The notes: generated by a model from the sequence alone, not told the origin. DNA of 64,000 nt from Nitrososphaerota archaeon (GCA_041641295.1 JBEPYO010000001.1:1486300-1550299); one strand, 5' to 3'. Numbered from the stretch's first letter, positions 1 through 12,314 are shown. Numbers and translations are program-made.

Positions 1-1
1 C

Positions 2-196
2 GCAGCGTCTGTAGCAACTAATATGGCTGCCAACTACTTGGAGCTTAGGAGGGTGCGCGTAAAATACGCCCCCCTCTATGCGCCTCTCACCGTTTTGGCC
101 AACTGGGTCTTGGTTACAGCCCTAATCGAGGCCTACCTCTCATTCAGGTCTGGGCGTTTGGGGCTGACTTGGCGTGGGAGGAGGATCGAGGCTTAA
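2..196 (+). CDS. 3' end of a membrane protein, possibly a GT2-family glycosyltransferase (partial, runs off window start)
   Basis: Open frame from position 2 reads AASVATNMAANYLELRRVRVKYAPLYAPLTVLANWVLVTALIEAYLSFRSGRLGLTWRGRRIEA, stop TAA 194-196; hydrophobic helix followed by W-R-G-R resembles the C-terminus of membrane GT2 enzymes. Confidence 0.45.
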   Translation, partial: AASVATNMAANYLELRRVRVKYAPLYAPLTVLANWVLVTALIEAYLSFRSGRLGLTWRGRRIEA

Positions 197-199
197 AGT

Positions 200-1348
200 C
201 TATTTAGCGAGATATACTATGCTCTCCCGGGCTGCACCTATTCTGTGAACCCTACCACTGGTTGCAACCCTCTTACCGACTACGCGTATCTTCTCGACCC
301 TAAACCCCACCCTCTCAGCCAGATCTGCTAAAATGTAGTCAGACTCCACCACCCTGTCAGGATACACGCCACCCGCAACCACGACAGCAGCCTTCCCACC
401 ACTCTTCAACACCCTCCACATCTCCCCCAGAGAATCAAACATATCCGAGAAGTATAGCTTGGCGGAGTCGGGCAGGTCCTCGAGCCCGGGTATAGTCCTC
501 GGCACCTCTCTACCCACAAGACCGATATACGACCTCACTAGGTCATGCACTCTCTTCCCGAAGAATACCTCCAGCTCAACCTCATACACCTTAGTGTATT
601 CTATCTTGTTGAGGTATGGTGGTGAGGTTATAATGGCGTCCACAGACTCGTCCTCTATTTCTTCGAGCCTCCTAGCGTCGCCTTGCAGTATTATGGCCGG
701 CCCACTCTTGAACCTCACCCTCTTCACATCCTCAATCATCGACTGGGCAACCTTCCGAAATACGGGCCTGAGCGGCGGGGCAGGCCGCTTAACAAACCTC
801 AAGACCGACCCATCCCTATAGATGTAGGAGGCCTTTACCGCCGCATTCATTAAAGCGAGCATTAGAAAGACTTTCGCGTCCCCCGAGCAGACCTCCTCTA
901 TCACCTCCTTCAGGCTGAAGAGTTCCTCAAGCGTTCTCTTAGGGAACGCCTTCCTGACTGTGGGGCTCAGGCCATCTGGGAGGGGTGATTGGCGGGGAGC
1001 TGCTGAGAGGCATCTGTCGAGCGCGTCCCTCAACTCTACTGGGTCGTAGATCCGCGTCTTCGCTAGGGAGACGAAGACGGCCAGCGGTGAGGCATCAACA
1101 CCTACTCCCATAAAACCCTTCTCCATGCATGTTAGAGGCGTGGTCCCAGAACCAGTGAACGGGTCAAGGACAACAGCACCCTCCGGAACCCCCATCTCCT
1201 CTAGCAGCATCAGTACTAGGTCGCGGGAGAACCCCTCCTTGAAATAGAACCACCTGTGAATGGGTATATTCTTATTCGGCTTAAAAGTTGCTAGGCTCCA
1301 GAGATCGTATCTCTCCTCGACGGTATAGCTGCCCTCAAACACTCCCAA
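200..1348 (-). CDS. Orphan amino-DNA methyltransferase (N4-C/N6-A type)
   Basis: SAM-binding motif DPFTGSGTT precedes catalytic TSPPY (alpha order); HRWFYFKEGFS N-terminal signature. Confidence 0.85.
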   Translation of the reverse strand: MGVFEGSYTVEERYDLWSLATFKPNKNIPIHRWFYFKEGFSRDLVLMLLEEMGVPEGAVVLDPFTGSGTTPLTCMEKGFMGVGVDASPLAVFVSLAKTRIYDPVELRDALDRCLSAAPRQSPLPDGLSPTVRKAFPKRTLEELFSLKEVIEEVCSGDAKVFLMLALMNAAVKASYIYRDGSVLRFVKRPAPPLRPVFRKVAQSMIEDVKRVRFKSGPAIILQGDARRLEEIEDESVDAIITSPPYLNKIEYTKVYEVELEVFFGKRVHDLVRSYIGLVGREVPRTIPGLEDLPDSAKLYFSDMFDSLGEMWRVLKSGGKAAVVVAGGVYPDRVVESDYILADLAERVGFRVEKIRVVGKRVATSGRVHRIGAARESIVYLAK

Positions 1349-1445
1349 CCAACATCCCGATAACCAGTCTAATAAACGCTTGGGCCCAGCTCCTGTCTCC
1401 TCAACCCCTCAACCCGTTCTGCATATGCGTTATGCGGCTGGATAC

Positions 1446-1453
1446 TTAAATAA
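1446..1453 (+). promoter_or_regulatory. Archaeal TATA box for the oxoacid:ferredoxin oxidoreductase operon
   Basis: TTAAATAA about 30 nt upstream of ATG 1483. Confidence 0.5.
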
Positions 1454-1482
1454 TGGCAGACCAAATATTGAATACGATTTAG

Positions 1483-3480
1483 ATGGGTAAGAACGGTAAC
1501 AAGAAGAAATTTACCCTCAGTTGGATGATTGGTGGGGCTCAAGGCTCGGGTGTGGACTCTTCTGCAAACCTCTTTGCATACTCCATCGCCTCTGCCGGCT
1601 ACTACGTCTTCGGAAAGAGGGAATACTACTCAAACATCAAGGGAGAGCACTCATACTTCAACGTAGTAGCGTCTGACTCGCCTGTAAGGAGCACCGTCGA
1701 CCACGTGCATATTCTCGCGAGCTTCGACGCCGAGACGGTGTTCAGGCACGCTTGGGAGGTTGAGGAGGGTGGAGGGATTATCTATGACGTTGCCCTTGAG
1801 AACGAGAGTCTCAGGAATATTCCAACCATCGAGGAGCGGCTGAAATCAGAGATTGCGGAGAGGCTCAAGAACGAGAACCTGGGTGAGACTCTTCGCGACG
1901 TTCTGACCGCGGCTAAGAGGAGGGGGGTGAGAATCTATCCGATACCATATATGGATCTTATCAAGAAAACGGGTGAGATAATTGGCGAGAAGCAGCTCAC
2001 ACTCTTGCTGAGGATGGTTAACACGATGGCCGTCGCCGCGTCCTTCGCGATTCTCAAGGCAGACATTAACCGCCTCCACCGGGGTCTGTCCTATGCGTTT
2101 AGGGCTAAGAAAGCCGTTGTAGACATGAACTTCACAGCCTGCAAGGTGGTCTACGACTATGTCCATAACAACTTCGCCGACGACTTCCCCCTAACCCTCC
2201 CAAACAGGAAGAACGGCGAAGACCTTATACTAGTCAATGGGACGACAATCGTTGGCATAGCCAAGATCGTGGCCGGGTGCAGGTTCCAGTCATACTACCC
2301 CATCACACCGGCCGCTGATGAAAGCGTATACCTTGAAGACAAGCAGGTCTTCAACCTGAACTCTGTATCCGATGGAGACGAGTACGAGTATCCGCACCTA
2401 GCAGAGAGCAGGCAGCTGTCCGATAAGGGGCACATCCTTGTATTCCAGTCGGAGGACGAGCTGGCGGCTATAGACATGGCCATCGGCGCTAGCCTTGCCG
2501 GCGTTAGGGCCGCGACATCCACCTCTGGGCCCGGTTTCTCCCTCATGGCCGAGGGGCTGGGGTTCGCCGGGATGAACGAAATCCCAGTAGTAGTGACTGT
2601 ATTCCAGAGAGCTGGGCCGAGCACCGGCCTACCAACCCGCCACGAGCAGGGAGACCTACTCTTCACAATCTTCGCAGGGCATGGAGAGTTTCCGCGAATA
2701 GTAATGGCTTCGGGAGACATGACAGAGGCCTTCTACGACACAATCAAAGCCTTCAACTATGCCGAGAAGTTCCAGATCCCAGTGATCCACCTTCTCGACA
2801 AATCCCTAGCCAACTCGACACAAACCATACCGATCCCGACGGTTAACGAGGTGCTCTTGGACCGCGGCCTATTCATTAACGAACACTTGGACGGAAAGAC
2901 CTACAAGCGTTTCCAGTTTACTGAAGGCGGAATCTCCCCCAGAGTTCCACTCGGTACGCGCGGTGCGATATTCTGGAATACGGGCGACGAGCACGATGAG
3001 CTGGGCCATATCAGTGAGGACCCAATTATAAGAACTCGCATGATGGATAAGCGTATGGGCAAGCTAGAGCTCATAAAAGAGTCCATCCCAGCGAGCGACA
3101 AGATCGCCACTTACGGCGACCCCGACGCAAAGGACTGGATAATCAGCTGGGGCTCGACTAAGGGCCCGATACTTGACGCGCTTGAGATGCTCGAGGAGGA
3201 GGGCGTCGGCCCCATCGGCTTCCTACAGGTCAAGATTCTCCACCCATTCCCCGCCGAGCTCTGCTTGGAGACCCTCCAGTCCGCTAAAAGGATAATCGAT
3301 ATCGAGCAGAACTATAGCGGGCAGATGGGCAGGCTAATGGCTATGGAGACCGGTCTGCGGCCCACGAACCTGATCGTGAAGTATAACGGAAGACCATTCA
3401 CATCGACTGAGGTTAGGGACGCGGTCAAAGAGGTGTTGGCGAGAAACACTAAAAGAATAGTGATGAATAGAGGTGGGTAG
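1483..3480 (+). CDS. korA: 2-oxoacid:ferredoxin oxidoreductase alpha subunit (gamma-alpha fusion)
   Basis: GGAQGSG N-terminal gamma domain, YYPITPA, TSTSGPGFSLM, QRAGPSTGLPT motifs. Confidence 0.93.
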   Translation: MGKNGNKKKFTLSWMIGGAQGSGVDSSANLFAYSIASAGYYVFGKREYYSNIKGEHSYFNVVASDSPVRSTVDHVHILASFDAETVFRHAWEVEEGGGIIYDVALENESLRNIPTIEERLKSEIAERLKNENLGETLRDVLTAAKRRGVRIYPIPYMDLIKKTGEIIGEKQLTLLLRMVNTMAVAASFAILKADINRLHRGLSYAFRAKKAVVDMNFTACKVVYDYVHNNFADDFPLTLPNRKNGEDLILVNGTTIVGIAKIVAGCRFQSYYPITPAADESVYLEDKQVFNLNSVSDGDEYEYPHLAESRQLSDKGHILVFQSEDELAAIDMAIGASLAGVRAATSTSGPGFSLMAEGLGFAGMNEIPVVVTVFQRAGPSTGLPTRHEQGDLLFTIFAGHGEFPRIVMASGDMTEAFYDTIKAFNYAEKFQIPVIHLLDKSLANSTQTIPIPTVNEVLLDRGLFINEHLDGKTYKRFQFTEGGISPRVPLGTRGAIFWNTGDEHDELGHISEDPIIRTRMMDKRMGKLELIKESIPASDKIATYGDPDAKDWIISWGSTKGPILDALEMLEEEGVGPIGFLQVKILHPFPAELCLETLQSAKRIIDIEQNYSGQMGRLMAMETGLRPTNLIVKYNGRPFTSTEVRDAVKEVLARNTKRIVMNRGG

Positions 3481-5159
<1,679 letters not shown>

Positions 5160-5184
5160 GGGTGAAGTATGTCTCTGGCTATAT

Positions 5185-6633
5185 TTATCCGCTCACCCCT
5201 GAACCCTTTCGGATTCTCGAGGCGAGGCGCGGGCTCATAGCCGGCTCTAGGCTAAGGGCCAGTAGTATGAAGGTGATCGAGGTTAGAGCGATTAGGAGGC
5301 CCGGGGGGACTACCCACCACCAATAGCCCACGAAGATTGCACCCGTCCTAAAGGCCTGCTCGAGTATACCTCCCCAACTGGGGATCTGCGGGTCTCCCAG
5401 GCCTAGGAAGCTCAGCCCAGCCTCTGCAAGGATCGCCGAGGGGATGCTGAGTATCATCTGCCCTAAGACATAGGGGGCCACATTAGGCGCTATGTGTTTT
5501 GCTATGATCCTTAAGTTTCCTGCCCCTATTGACTTGGCTGCCTCTGTGAGTGGTGAGTTCCTGAGCTGAATGACCATCGACCTGACTAGGATTGCCAGGC
5601 CTGGCCAGCTAAACAGGGTCAGGAGGAGTATGATGAATAGGAGCCCCGGCCTGAAGGTGTAGGCTAGCAGGATGAGGATGGGTAGGAGGGGGATGTTGGC
5701 TACAACGTCCGCCGCCCTCTGGATTAGGTGGTCCGCCCTACCCCCTAGATAACCGCTCAGGAGGCCTAGCGAGGTGCCTATGAAGGTTGTAACGCCGGCT
5801 GCAAGCAGGCCTATGGAGAGCGAGACGGGGAACCCGAAGAGGAGGCCCTGAGCTAAGTCCCGTCCCAAGGTGTCTGTACCCATTAAACCATAGACAGTCC
5901 CCGCCAGAACAACCGCGGCCTCGTCCACGCTGTCTGTTGCGTCATGGCGATACAGCAGGAGCCTAAACACATACTCTCCCCAGAGGGGCTCAGTGCGGCC
6001 GTCGCCAGTGGGTCTTGAAAAGATATAGTCCTCAAGCCTCTGGGATACGTCCTCCTCTCTAATCTCCACTCCATAAGCCTCTGACAGCTTCTGGGCAACG
6101 GTTGTCTGAACACTCCTTGAGGATGCGGGGAAAATCCTCAACGGCTGATCAGCATACCTTGTGTAGGGTGGGGTTTCACCAGGCCTCGGGCCACTCGGGC
6201 TAAGTGTTGCAAGACTAATCTCTACCGCGTCCGGCCGTATGACAACCACCTCAACCACGGGTGGAGCGGACTGAAACCTTATCCCACTAATCCTCACTGC
6301 TATCCCACTGGGATGCTCCGGCGAGTCATACCGAAGCCTAGCCTCGTAGATGGCGAACGTCTCATCCGAGTAGACCAGTCTGTCGAGTCTGAGTATTGTG
6401 TGGGGGAAGCTAGTGCCTGAGGAAGCCCACTCTGGTGGTACTGCCTTGGGGTACTCGGCCCAGTAGGAGGGATTGTTCCAGATTTTGGGGCCGTAGTCCA
6501 GTGGATAGCTGGAGATGGTGTAGAGAGAGATGGCCGCCATAATTGAGAGGATTATTATTGATAGGCGGCCCTGCCAAGACTCTACAACGACCCTGAGGGG
6601 CGTGGGCATGTGGAGCCAACCAACCTCAAACAC
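5185..6633 (-). CDS. Peptide/nickel ABC transporter permease (OppC/DppC-like) with large extracytoplasmic insert
   Basis: LMGTDTLGRDL, EAA loop (EAAKSIGA), EAGLSFLGLGDP, SWG motifs. Confidence 0.9.
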   Translation of the reverse strand: MFEVGWLHMPTPLRVVVESWQGRLSIIILSIMAAISLYTISSYPLDYGPKIWNNPSYWAEYPKAVPPEWASSGTSFPHTILRLDRLVYSDETFAIYEARLRYDSPEHPSGIAVRISGIRFQSAPPVVEVVVIRPDAVEISLATLSPSGPRPGETPPYTRYADQPLRIFPASSRSVQTTVAQKLSEAYGVEIREEDVSQRLEDYIFSRPTGDGRTEPLWGEYVFRLLLYRHDATDSVDEAAVVLAGTVYGLMGTDTLGRDLAQGLLFGFPVSLSIGLLAAGVTTFIGTSLGLLSGYLGGRADHLIQRAADVVANIPLLPILILLAYTFRPGLLFIILLLTLFSWPGLAILVRSMVIQLRNSPLTEAAKSIGAGNLRIIAKHIAPNVAPYVLGQMILSIPSAILAEAGLSFLGLGDPQIPSWGGILEQAFRTGAIFVGYWWWVVPPGLLIALTSITFILLALSLEPAMSPRLASRIRKGSGVSG

Positions 6634-6644
6634 GTAGCCAAATA

Positions 6645-8225
6645 TTACTTCTTAGCAGGTGCCTCGACTCGCGAAGGGCCCACACTCCGAGCCCTACCGC
6701 CCCTGTACCACCTCCAGAAGTATATTCCAAAGATTGATAGCTGTATGAGAAATACAGTAATCAAGGCGAGCGTCTCGGCCGTATACCCTCTGATAACCAA
6801 GACAACACGCCCTACATCCCTGACATCCACGGTTGAGTAAACCCTACCGAATGGCGTCTCGGCCGAGAAGTTGTAAACCCCACCAGGTATCCTTAGGCTT
6901 AACCTGCCGCCGACCCCTCTAAATGAGCCGTTAACATAGATCTGTGAATCTTGTATGATGAATCCTGCCGCGTGCCTCACCTCGACCTCAACAAGCCTCC
7001 CATCCACGTAAATTGTCGCCGGCTTCCCCACCTCAAGTGTAAGGGGGCCGACAGACTCGCTCACATCAACCGAGTAAACCTTGAGAGAGGGTCTGACAGT
7101 TATGATAGGGGGGTATCCTCCCTCGATTATCGAGACAGTCTTCGGAATGATAACCGATTCAGACCCATTCCTCAGGGTGAGGTATCCAGGTAGGCTTATG
7201 GAATAGTCCTCAACCCAGAGTCCGAGGTATCTGTCATAAACCCTGACTCTATAGTCTGGAATGCGGATCACCAGCCGCTCGAATCTCCCCGTGGTGAGAT
7301 TTGCGGTTACCACCTCCAAGCCGTTGCGTATAAGATCGTTGAGGCCTATGGTTGTAGACGAGCTAACTGGCGGCGGCTCCTCAACCATGGGAGACACCGT
7401 CACCTCGAGACTCTGTTCAAACCTCCCACCCCCACGCCCAGTGTAAACGACGCTAACCACCAGTGTACCGTATCTAAGAGGTACAAGTCCATTCTCACCC
7501 ACCTCTCCCAGCGGTGGGATATACACTTCAATGAGGCGCATTGGTATGCCCGAGCCGGGGCCCTCGAACGTGTACTCCGCTACTACTGGCTCAGCCTTAT
7601 ACAGTATGTGTAGTTGCCCGGTATACCCGCTCAACTCTATTGATTCGTAGTGCCGGAGCGTTATCTTCACACCCAGCGCGTTGGGTGGGATTTGGAGATG
7701 TAGGGTGGAGTTTGGCCTGACGAATATTTTCTTGGTCTCATTTCTTTCCTCCTTTATCGCGAATCCTGAGAGGGTTGACCCAACTATCCTCGCCTCCAAG
7801 ACTTCTTGAGTGTTGGAGTCTGTCGGGATTGACCCAGCCGGCTGGAAATCTATCCACCCGAGGGCAGACTCCTCTAGGCTGAGCACTTCGATAGTAGCTC
7901 TCCCCCGGCCTATAACATTCAAGGCTGCGGTACCGACATCCTCGTCTCTAAATCTCCAGATCTCCACAGCCTCTCCCGCCCTTATGCGGAAGGCGTGCTC
8001 CTCCCCTCTGCTTGTCGTCAATATCACGGAGACATCCAGCCCTATAGCCTTCAACACCAGCCTCTCCCCCACCACAAACCTGTATCTAGCGCCGTCCAAG
8101 AAGGGTAGGAACTTCGCGCCTCCATAGCCGATTAGCAGAAACCCCTCCTCTTGAGGCTGGACTGTGGGTGGAAGCACCACAAGTATCGTCATCGCTAGCA
8201 CTATAGCGGCTACGCTCTTCCCCAT
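6645..8225 (-). CDS. Large secreted, C-terminally anchored hypothetical protein
   Basis: ORF track 6645..8492; more likely start ATG 8225 (MGKSVAAIVLAM signal peptide, purine-rich RBS) avoids long overlap with upstream gene; C-terminal TM plus basic tail. Confidence 0.65.
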   Translation of the reverse strand: MGKSVAAIVLAMTILVVLPPTVQPQEEGFLLIGYGGAKFLPFLDGARYRFVVGERLVLKAIGLDVSVILTTSRGEEHAFRIRAGEAVEIWRFRDEDVGTAALNVIGRGRATIEVLSLEESALGWIDFQPAGSIPTDSNTQEVLEARIVGSTLSGFAIKEERNETKKIFVRPNSTLHLQIPPNALGVKITLRHYESIELSGYTGQLHILYKAEPVVAEYTFEGPGSGIPMRLIEVYIPPLGEVGENGLVPLRYGTLVVSVVYTGRGGGRFEQSLEVTVSPMVEEPPPVSSSTTIGLNDLIRNGLEVVTANLTTGRFERLVIRIPDYRVRVYDRYLGLWVEDYSISLPGYLTLRNGSESVIIPKTVSIIEGGYPPIITVRPSLKVYSVDVSESVGPLTLEVGKPATIYVDGRLVEVEVRHAAGFIIQDSQIYVNGSFRGVGGRLSLRIPGGVYNFSAETPFGRVYSTVDVRDVGRVVLVIRGYTAETLALITVFLIQLSIFGIYFWRWYRGGRARSVGPSRVEAPAKK

Positions 8226-8935
8226 CCCCTCTTCACACCAGCCCTCAGCGTGGCGGCTATGGTCAGCGTCGCTGCAACAATTAGACCCAAGGCAACGGAG
8301 TCTGTGAATACTAGTGAGTAGAGGACTGTGAGGGCTACGGCTAGGCTGGCCGCTGTGGCTGAGTAGATGAAGACCTCCCCTTGCTCGCGAACCAGTGTGG
8401 AGCCATAGACCCTCCAAGAGTAGATGACTAGGGCGATGGATGATAGCGCGGCGAGGGCTGCGAAATACTGGGGTGGCTGAACCCTTTCCCACGCCTGCCT
8501 GTCAACGAACATGTTTACTAGGGCGAGGAACAGGTGGCTGCCCTCCCCCCTTGCCTGAGCAGCTACTGCCCAGATGAAGTAGGTGCTTGTCAGACTTGTG
8601 ACGTAGCTTAGCACAGAGGCTCTTGGGCTTGTGCTCTTGACAATGCCTATCATTGCTATGAATGGTATGCTTATCAAGTATCCCCCTGCTAGGTCTATGA
8701 GAAAGTACGGCCTCCTCTCAAGAACCAGAATCACTAAGCTTGTGATTGCTGGCAGATATATCAGTGGAATCACAATGTTTTGATACCTAGCCGGGAGATA
8801 GGTTGATAGGAGCGAGATGCAGCCCAGAATTACGAAGGGTGTCAGCATGATCTTGGCCAGATAGTCTATGCTCATTAGTAGGGGTGTTAGTAGGACAGCT
8901 GCCAGCAAGACCCTGTCAACTAGCCGAGACCCCAT
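8210..8935 (-). CDS. Polytopic membrane protein
   Basis: Several hydrophobic helices; short overlaps with both neighbours. Confidence 0.7.
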   Translation of the reverse strand: MGSRLVDRVLLAAVLLTPLLMSIDYLAKIMLTPFVILGCISLLSTYLPARYQNIVIPLIYLPAITSLVILVLERRPYFLIDLAGGYLISIPFIAMIGIVKSTSPRASVLSYVTSLTSTYFIWAVAAQARGEGSHLFLALVNMFVDRQAWERVQPPQYFAALAALSSIALVIYSWRVYGSTLVREQGEVFIYSATAASLAVALTVLYSLVFTDSVALGLIVAATLTIAATLRAGVKRGWGRA

Positions 8936-10236
8936 TCAACACCCCTCCGCATCGCCTCTTTAACCACGTCTATTGCATACCCTTTACCAATCTCGATGAC
9001 TGAGCCCGGCTCGGAGAACCTCGACAACCAATCATCCTTAAACTGTCTGTCAAGCTGAAGCAACCGGCTAACCTCGCCTTCAAGTCTCGAAACGTAACTG
9101 GCTACATCTGGGACGCATATAATGTATCTCGCACCAACCATCCTGCACGCGTTTATCATCGCTTCAACTATGCCTGTGTTTTGTGATGGCGGGTTGACCA
9201 CAAAGACAACCATGCTTGAACCAGTGAGTGTTCTTGAGAACTCCTCAACAACCTGTTCCTCCTCACGCCCCTGTGAGGGGAAAACCCTAGCTATGTACTG
9301 CTCTATCGCTATTCTGGAAAAAACGCGTCTGGGGGAGATCTTCTCGTCGAGGCTAAGCGACGGGTTTAACAGCCAGAACTGTACCGGGTTCCCCTCCTCC
9401 TCGGCTGTCTGGCAGAGCCGTCGTATCAGGATGGAGATATCGGTCAGGAGGGCTGCATTTTCTCCAGTGTTGATGGAGGAGGAGCAGTCAACGACTATGT
9501 GGAGGGTTACCTCCCCCTTCTTGACATACTTCTTGGCGACTAGCTCCTCCTCATCGACCTGCTGGGCGTACCTAATCCAGTGAATATCCCTTACTCTGTC
9601 TCCCAGCTCGTAGGGCTTGATGCCTGAGAACTCGTCGTCATAGCCCACTAGCCCCCGGTAGCCGAGACCCATCGGCGGCCTAATCCAAGGTGCGGGTAGC
9701 TTGGTGTATGCGGCTCCAACCAGTTGCTCGCCGACCGGGACAATAATGTCAGATGCCACCTCTAGCTCCCTAGCGTCATAGCAGAGTTTCAGCGGGTCGT
9801 GTATCAGCAAAATCACTTTTCTAAACCTTGCAAGACTGATAGATGGATCAACCTCGAGCGTGTATGATGATTCGAGACTTTCGCCCGCACCTATGATGCC
9901 TTCTGGGTTTGACGGTCGCTCCACAATTCGTGTACCGAATGGGGGTTTATCCACCACCCGCACGAATAAGCGTTGCTCGCTGTCAAACCACACGTGCAGC
10001 CTGACCTTCAAGAGTGTCTTATCGCCTACTCTCTGGGGCTCGACCGTCCGCTCTACTTTGAGGCCCTCGACGTCTAGGCTTCTGAGCCTTCTACTCGCCA
10101 GTAGGATGTATGTGGCGAAGAATGTCTGCAGAAAAAAGGAGGCTAGGAATAGGAAGGGCTGGTAGAGTAGTATTGAGACGAATAGTGTCCATCCGGAGAG
10201 GCTTATTAGCAGTAGCGCCGCCTCTCTTGTGAGCAT
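8920..10236 (-). CDS. DUF58 (vWA-like) MoxR partner protein
   Basis: EFSGIKPYELGDRVRDIHW and VVDCSSS motifs; adjacent to moxR. Confidence 0.85.
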   Translation of the reverse strand: MLTREAALLLISLSGWTLFVSILLYQPFLFLASFFLQTFFATYILLASRRLRSLDVEGLKVERTVEPQRVGDKTLLKVRLHVWFDSEQRLFVRVVDKPPFGTRIVERPSNPEGIIGAGESLESSYTLEVDPSISLARFRKVILLIHDPLKLCYDARELEVASDIIVPVGEQLVGAAYTKLPAPWIRPPMGLGYRGLVGYDDEFSGIKPYELGDRVRDIHWIRYAQQVDEEELVAKKYVKKGEVTLHIVVDCSSSINTGENAALLTDISILIRRLCQTAEEEGNPVQFWLLNPSLSLDEKISPRRVFSRIAIEQYIARVFPSQGREEEQVVEEFSRTLTGSSMVVFVVNPPSQNTGIVEAMINACRMVGARYIICVPDVASYVSRLEGEVSRLLQLDRQFKDDWLSRFSEPGSVIEIGKGYAIDVVKEAMRRGVEWGLG

Positions 10237-11189
10237 TACTTTGGTGCCTCCACCCTCTCAAGCACCTTCCTCGTAACCAGCATAGTTTCCTGCTCTCCCC
10301 TGCCCAGAGACGATGTCCTCCTCCTCAGAAGGATTCTGTGATTTAGTATGAGTGGAGCCACGTACTTAACATCGTCAGGTATAACATAGTCTCTCCCCTT
10401 TATCGCTGCGTATGCCTTAGACCCGTAGAGTAGAGCTGTCTCAGCCCGCGTGCTCGCGCCCATAACCACATCAGGCATACTCCTCGACTCCCTAACAATA
10501 TCCACGATGTATCCGAGTATGTCGTCGTCTATGTAGACATTCTTTACGGCCTGAATAGCCTCGAGAACTTTTTCAGAATCGGCCACAGGGCTGACGTTTA
10601 GATCCTCGCCATGCCTATTCTTAAGCCTGAGTATCTCGATCTCCTCGTCGCGCGTTGGATAGTTTACGAGGACGCGTATTAGGAATCTGTCAAGCTCTGC
10701 CTCAGGCAGCGGGTAGGTGCCCTCCAGCTCGATCGGGTTCTGCGTCGCTATAACCATGAATGGTCTTGGGAGGGGGTATGTCTTCCCCTCGACAGTGACT
10801 TGGAACTCCTGCATAGCCTCAAGCAGTGCCGACTGGGTCCTCGGTGCTCCACGGTTGATCTCATCTGCGAGAACTATGTTTGCGAAGATGGGGCCGGGCC
10901 TAAATAGGAATTCTCCTGTGCGCCGGTCGAATATCATTCCACCGACTATGTCGCTTGGTAGTAGGTCGTTGGTGAACTGGATTCTCTTGAATGAGAGTGT
11001 TAGGGTGTTGGCGAAGGCCTTCGCTAGATAGGTCTTTGCGAGTCCCGGCACACCCTCGATTAAGACATGCCCCTGCACTAGGAGGGAGATAAGCAGGGAG
11101 TCAATGGCGACATCCATCCCAACTATCGACTTGTGTATCTCTTCCCTCACCCTTTCAGCCAAGTCCTTGATCCAAGAGAGCTTCGACAA
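10236..11189 (-). CDS. moxR: MoxR-family AAA+ ATPase
   Basis: EGVPGLAKT, RIQFTNDLLPSD, LADEINR, ATQNPIELEGTYPLPEA. Confidence 0.95.
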   Translation of the reverse strand: MSKLSWIKDLAERVREEIHKSIVGMDVAIDSLLISLLVQGHVLIEGVPGLAKTYLAKAFANTLTLSFKRIQFTNDLLPSDIVGGMIFDRRTGEFLFRPGPIFANIVLADEINRGAPRTQSALLEAMQEFQVTVEGKTYPLPRPFMVIATQNPIELEGTYPLPEAELDRFLIRVLVNYPTRDEEIEILRLKNRHGEDLNVSPVADSEKVLEAIQAVKNVYIDDDILGYIVDIVRESRSMPDVVMGASTRAETALLYGSKAYAAIKGRDYVIPDDVKYVAPLILNHRILLRRRTSSLGRGEQETMLVTRKVLERVEAPK

Positions 11190-11204
11190 TCTCGTCTCAC
11201 CACC

Positions 11205-11540
11205 CTACGAGCTTATCAAACGACTCAGTATCCACCTGTATATGCTGGCTGGGATGAGCCTAGATAGCGGCCCTGTCAGGAGACTTCTCCAGACCTTGGC
11301 GCGAAAGCCTCCAATTAGCCTCAGGGCGATATACGCCTCCAACAGGGTTTCGGCAGCCTCTAAGGGCTTATCTCTCTTGACGCCTCTCAGGAAATCCCGC
11401 AGCTCTTCAATATAGTTCCTCGGGACGGCCTCAGACTCCTCCCTCTCCCTCCTGAGCAGGATGGCTGGGAGAATCAGGGATGCGAGCATGATGATTAGGA
11501 TTAGAAAGGGGTCTATAACCGATGTAATAAGAGTGGCCAT
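11205..11540 (-). CDS. Small membrane-anchored hypothetical protein
   Basis: N-terminal TM helix; directly upstream of and co-directional with moxR. Confidence 0.6.
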   Translation of the reverse strand: MATLITSVIDPFLILIIMLASLILPAILLRREREESEAVPRNYIEELRDFLRGVKRDKPLEAAETLLEAYIALRLIGGFRAKVWRSLLTGPLSRLIPASIYRWILSRLISS

Positions 11541-11597
11541 GAGTCTGATTACTTGGTGTAGGCGATTCCTATAAAAGTTTAACCGATCATGACAGGG

Positions 11598-12314
11598 TTA
11601 GGTTTTCATAAGCCTCCTAAGTAGAGGTATCTCATCAATCTTCCTCTCACTAAGTAGATGCCAGATGATACCCTTCGGCCTAGCAATTTTAGTATTGGTT
11701 GCAAGTACGCCATCCTCAGTTACTATATAGTCCACCGGGACGTCAAACTCCTCTACTGGAATCTCGCTGACGACTTGTAGGGGATGAACCGTCGTTGTAA
11801 TTGGCGTATCCTCTGAGACCCTGCCCAGCATCCTCAAGAGGGCGTACTCTATCTCAGAGTAGCCCTCACCCTTTCCCACGCGAGCACCACTCCGCGAGAC
11901 AGCCACAGAGCCAACCACTATAAAGTCGATTTTGTCGAGGCTCTCCGGCTCCACCTTCTCGCCAAAAGTGAACCCTCCCCTAATCGTGGATGCCTGCCTG
12001 TAGTTGCGCTCGGAGATTTTAGATGGCTCGAGAAGGAGGAATCCCTCGCGGAGACGTGGAGTAGGCATGACCAGCCTCTTCCCCAATCTCATGCATAGCT
12101 CTCTAACAGGGCGTTGGGGCGAGTCGGGGCTCACCTTCACGGTCCGCGCGGATCTGAACGAGTCGAGTTGGAGCAGCCTCTTGGCTGCCGCCTCAGCTCC
12201 TAGGAAATTTGGAATACGCCCATGGATGGGGAATGGTGGCAGCGCTACCTTCTCTCTGACGAGCAGGTCCCAGACGTGTTCGCGTATCTTCTGCTTCTGC
12301 TCGCTTAGGCTCAA
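11598..12314 (-). CDS. 5-formyltetrahydrofolate cyclo-ligase family (MTHFSD-like)
   Basis: GRIPNFLGA, PDSPQ, MPTPRL, GARVGKGEGYSEIEY, DVPVDYIVT. Confidence 0.9.
   Translation of the reverse strand: MSLSEQKQKIREHVWDLLVREKVALPPFPIHGRIPNFLGAEAAAKRLLQLDSFRSARTVKVSPDSPQRPVRELCMRLGKRLVMPTPRLREGFLLLEPSKISERNYRQASTIRGGFTFGEKVEPESLDKIDFIVVGSVAVSRSGARVGKGEGYSEIEYALLRMLGRVSEDTPITTTVHPLQVVSEIPVEEFDVPVDYIVTEDGVLATNTKIARPKGIIWHLLSERKIDEIPLLRRLMKT

Noticed and set aside
8226-8492. N-terminal extension of the 615-aa ORF
   Set aside because: Overlaps the upstream membrane gene in another frame; the signal peptide starts at 8225
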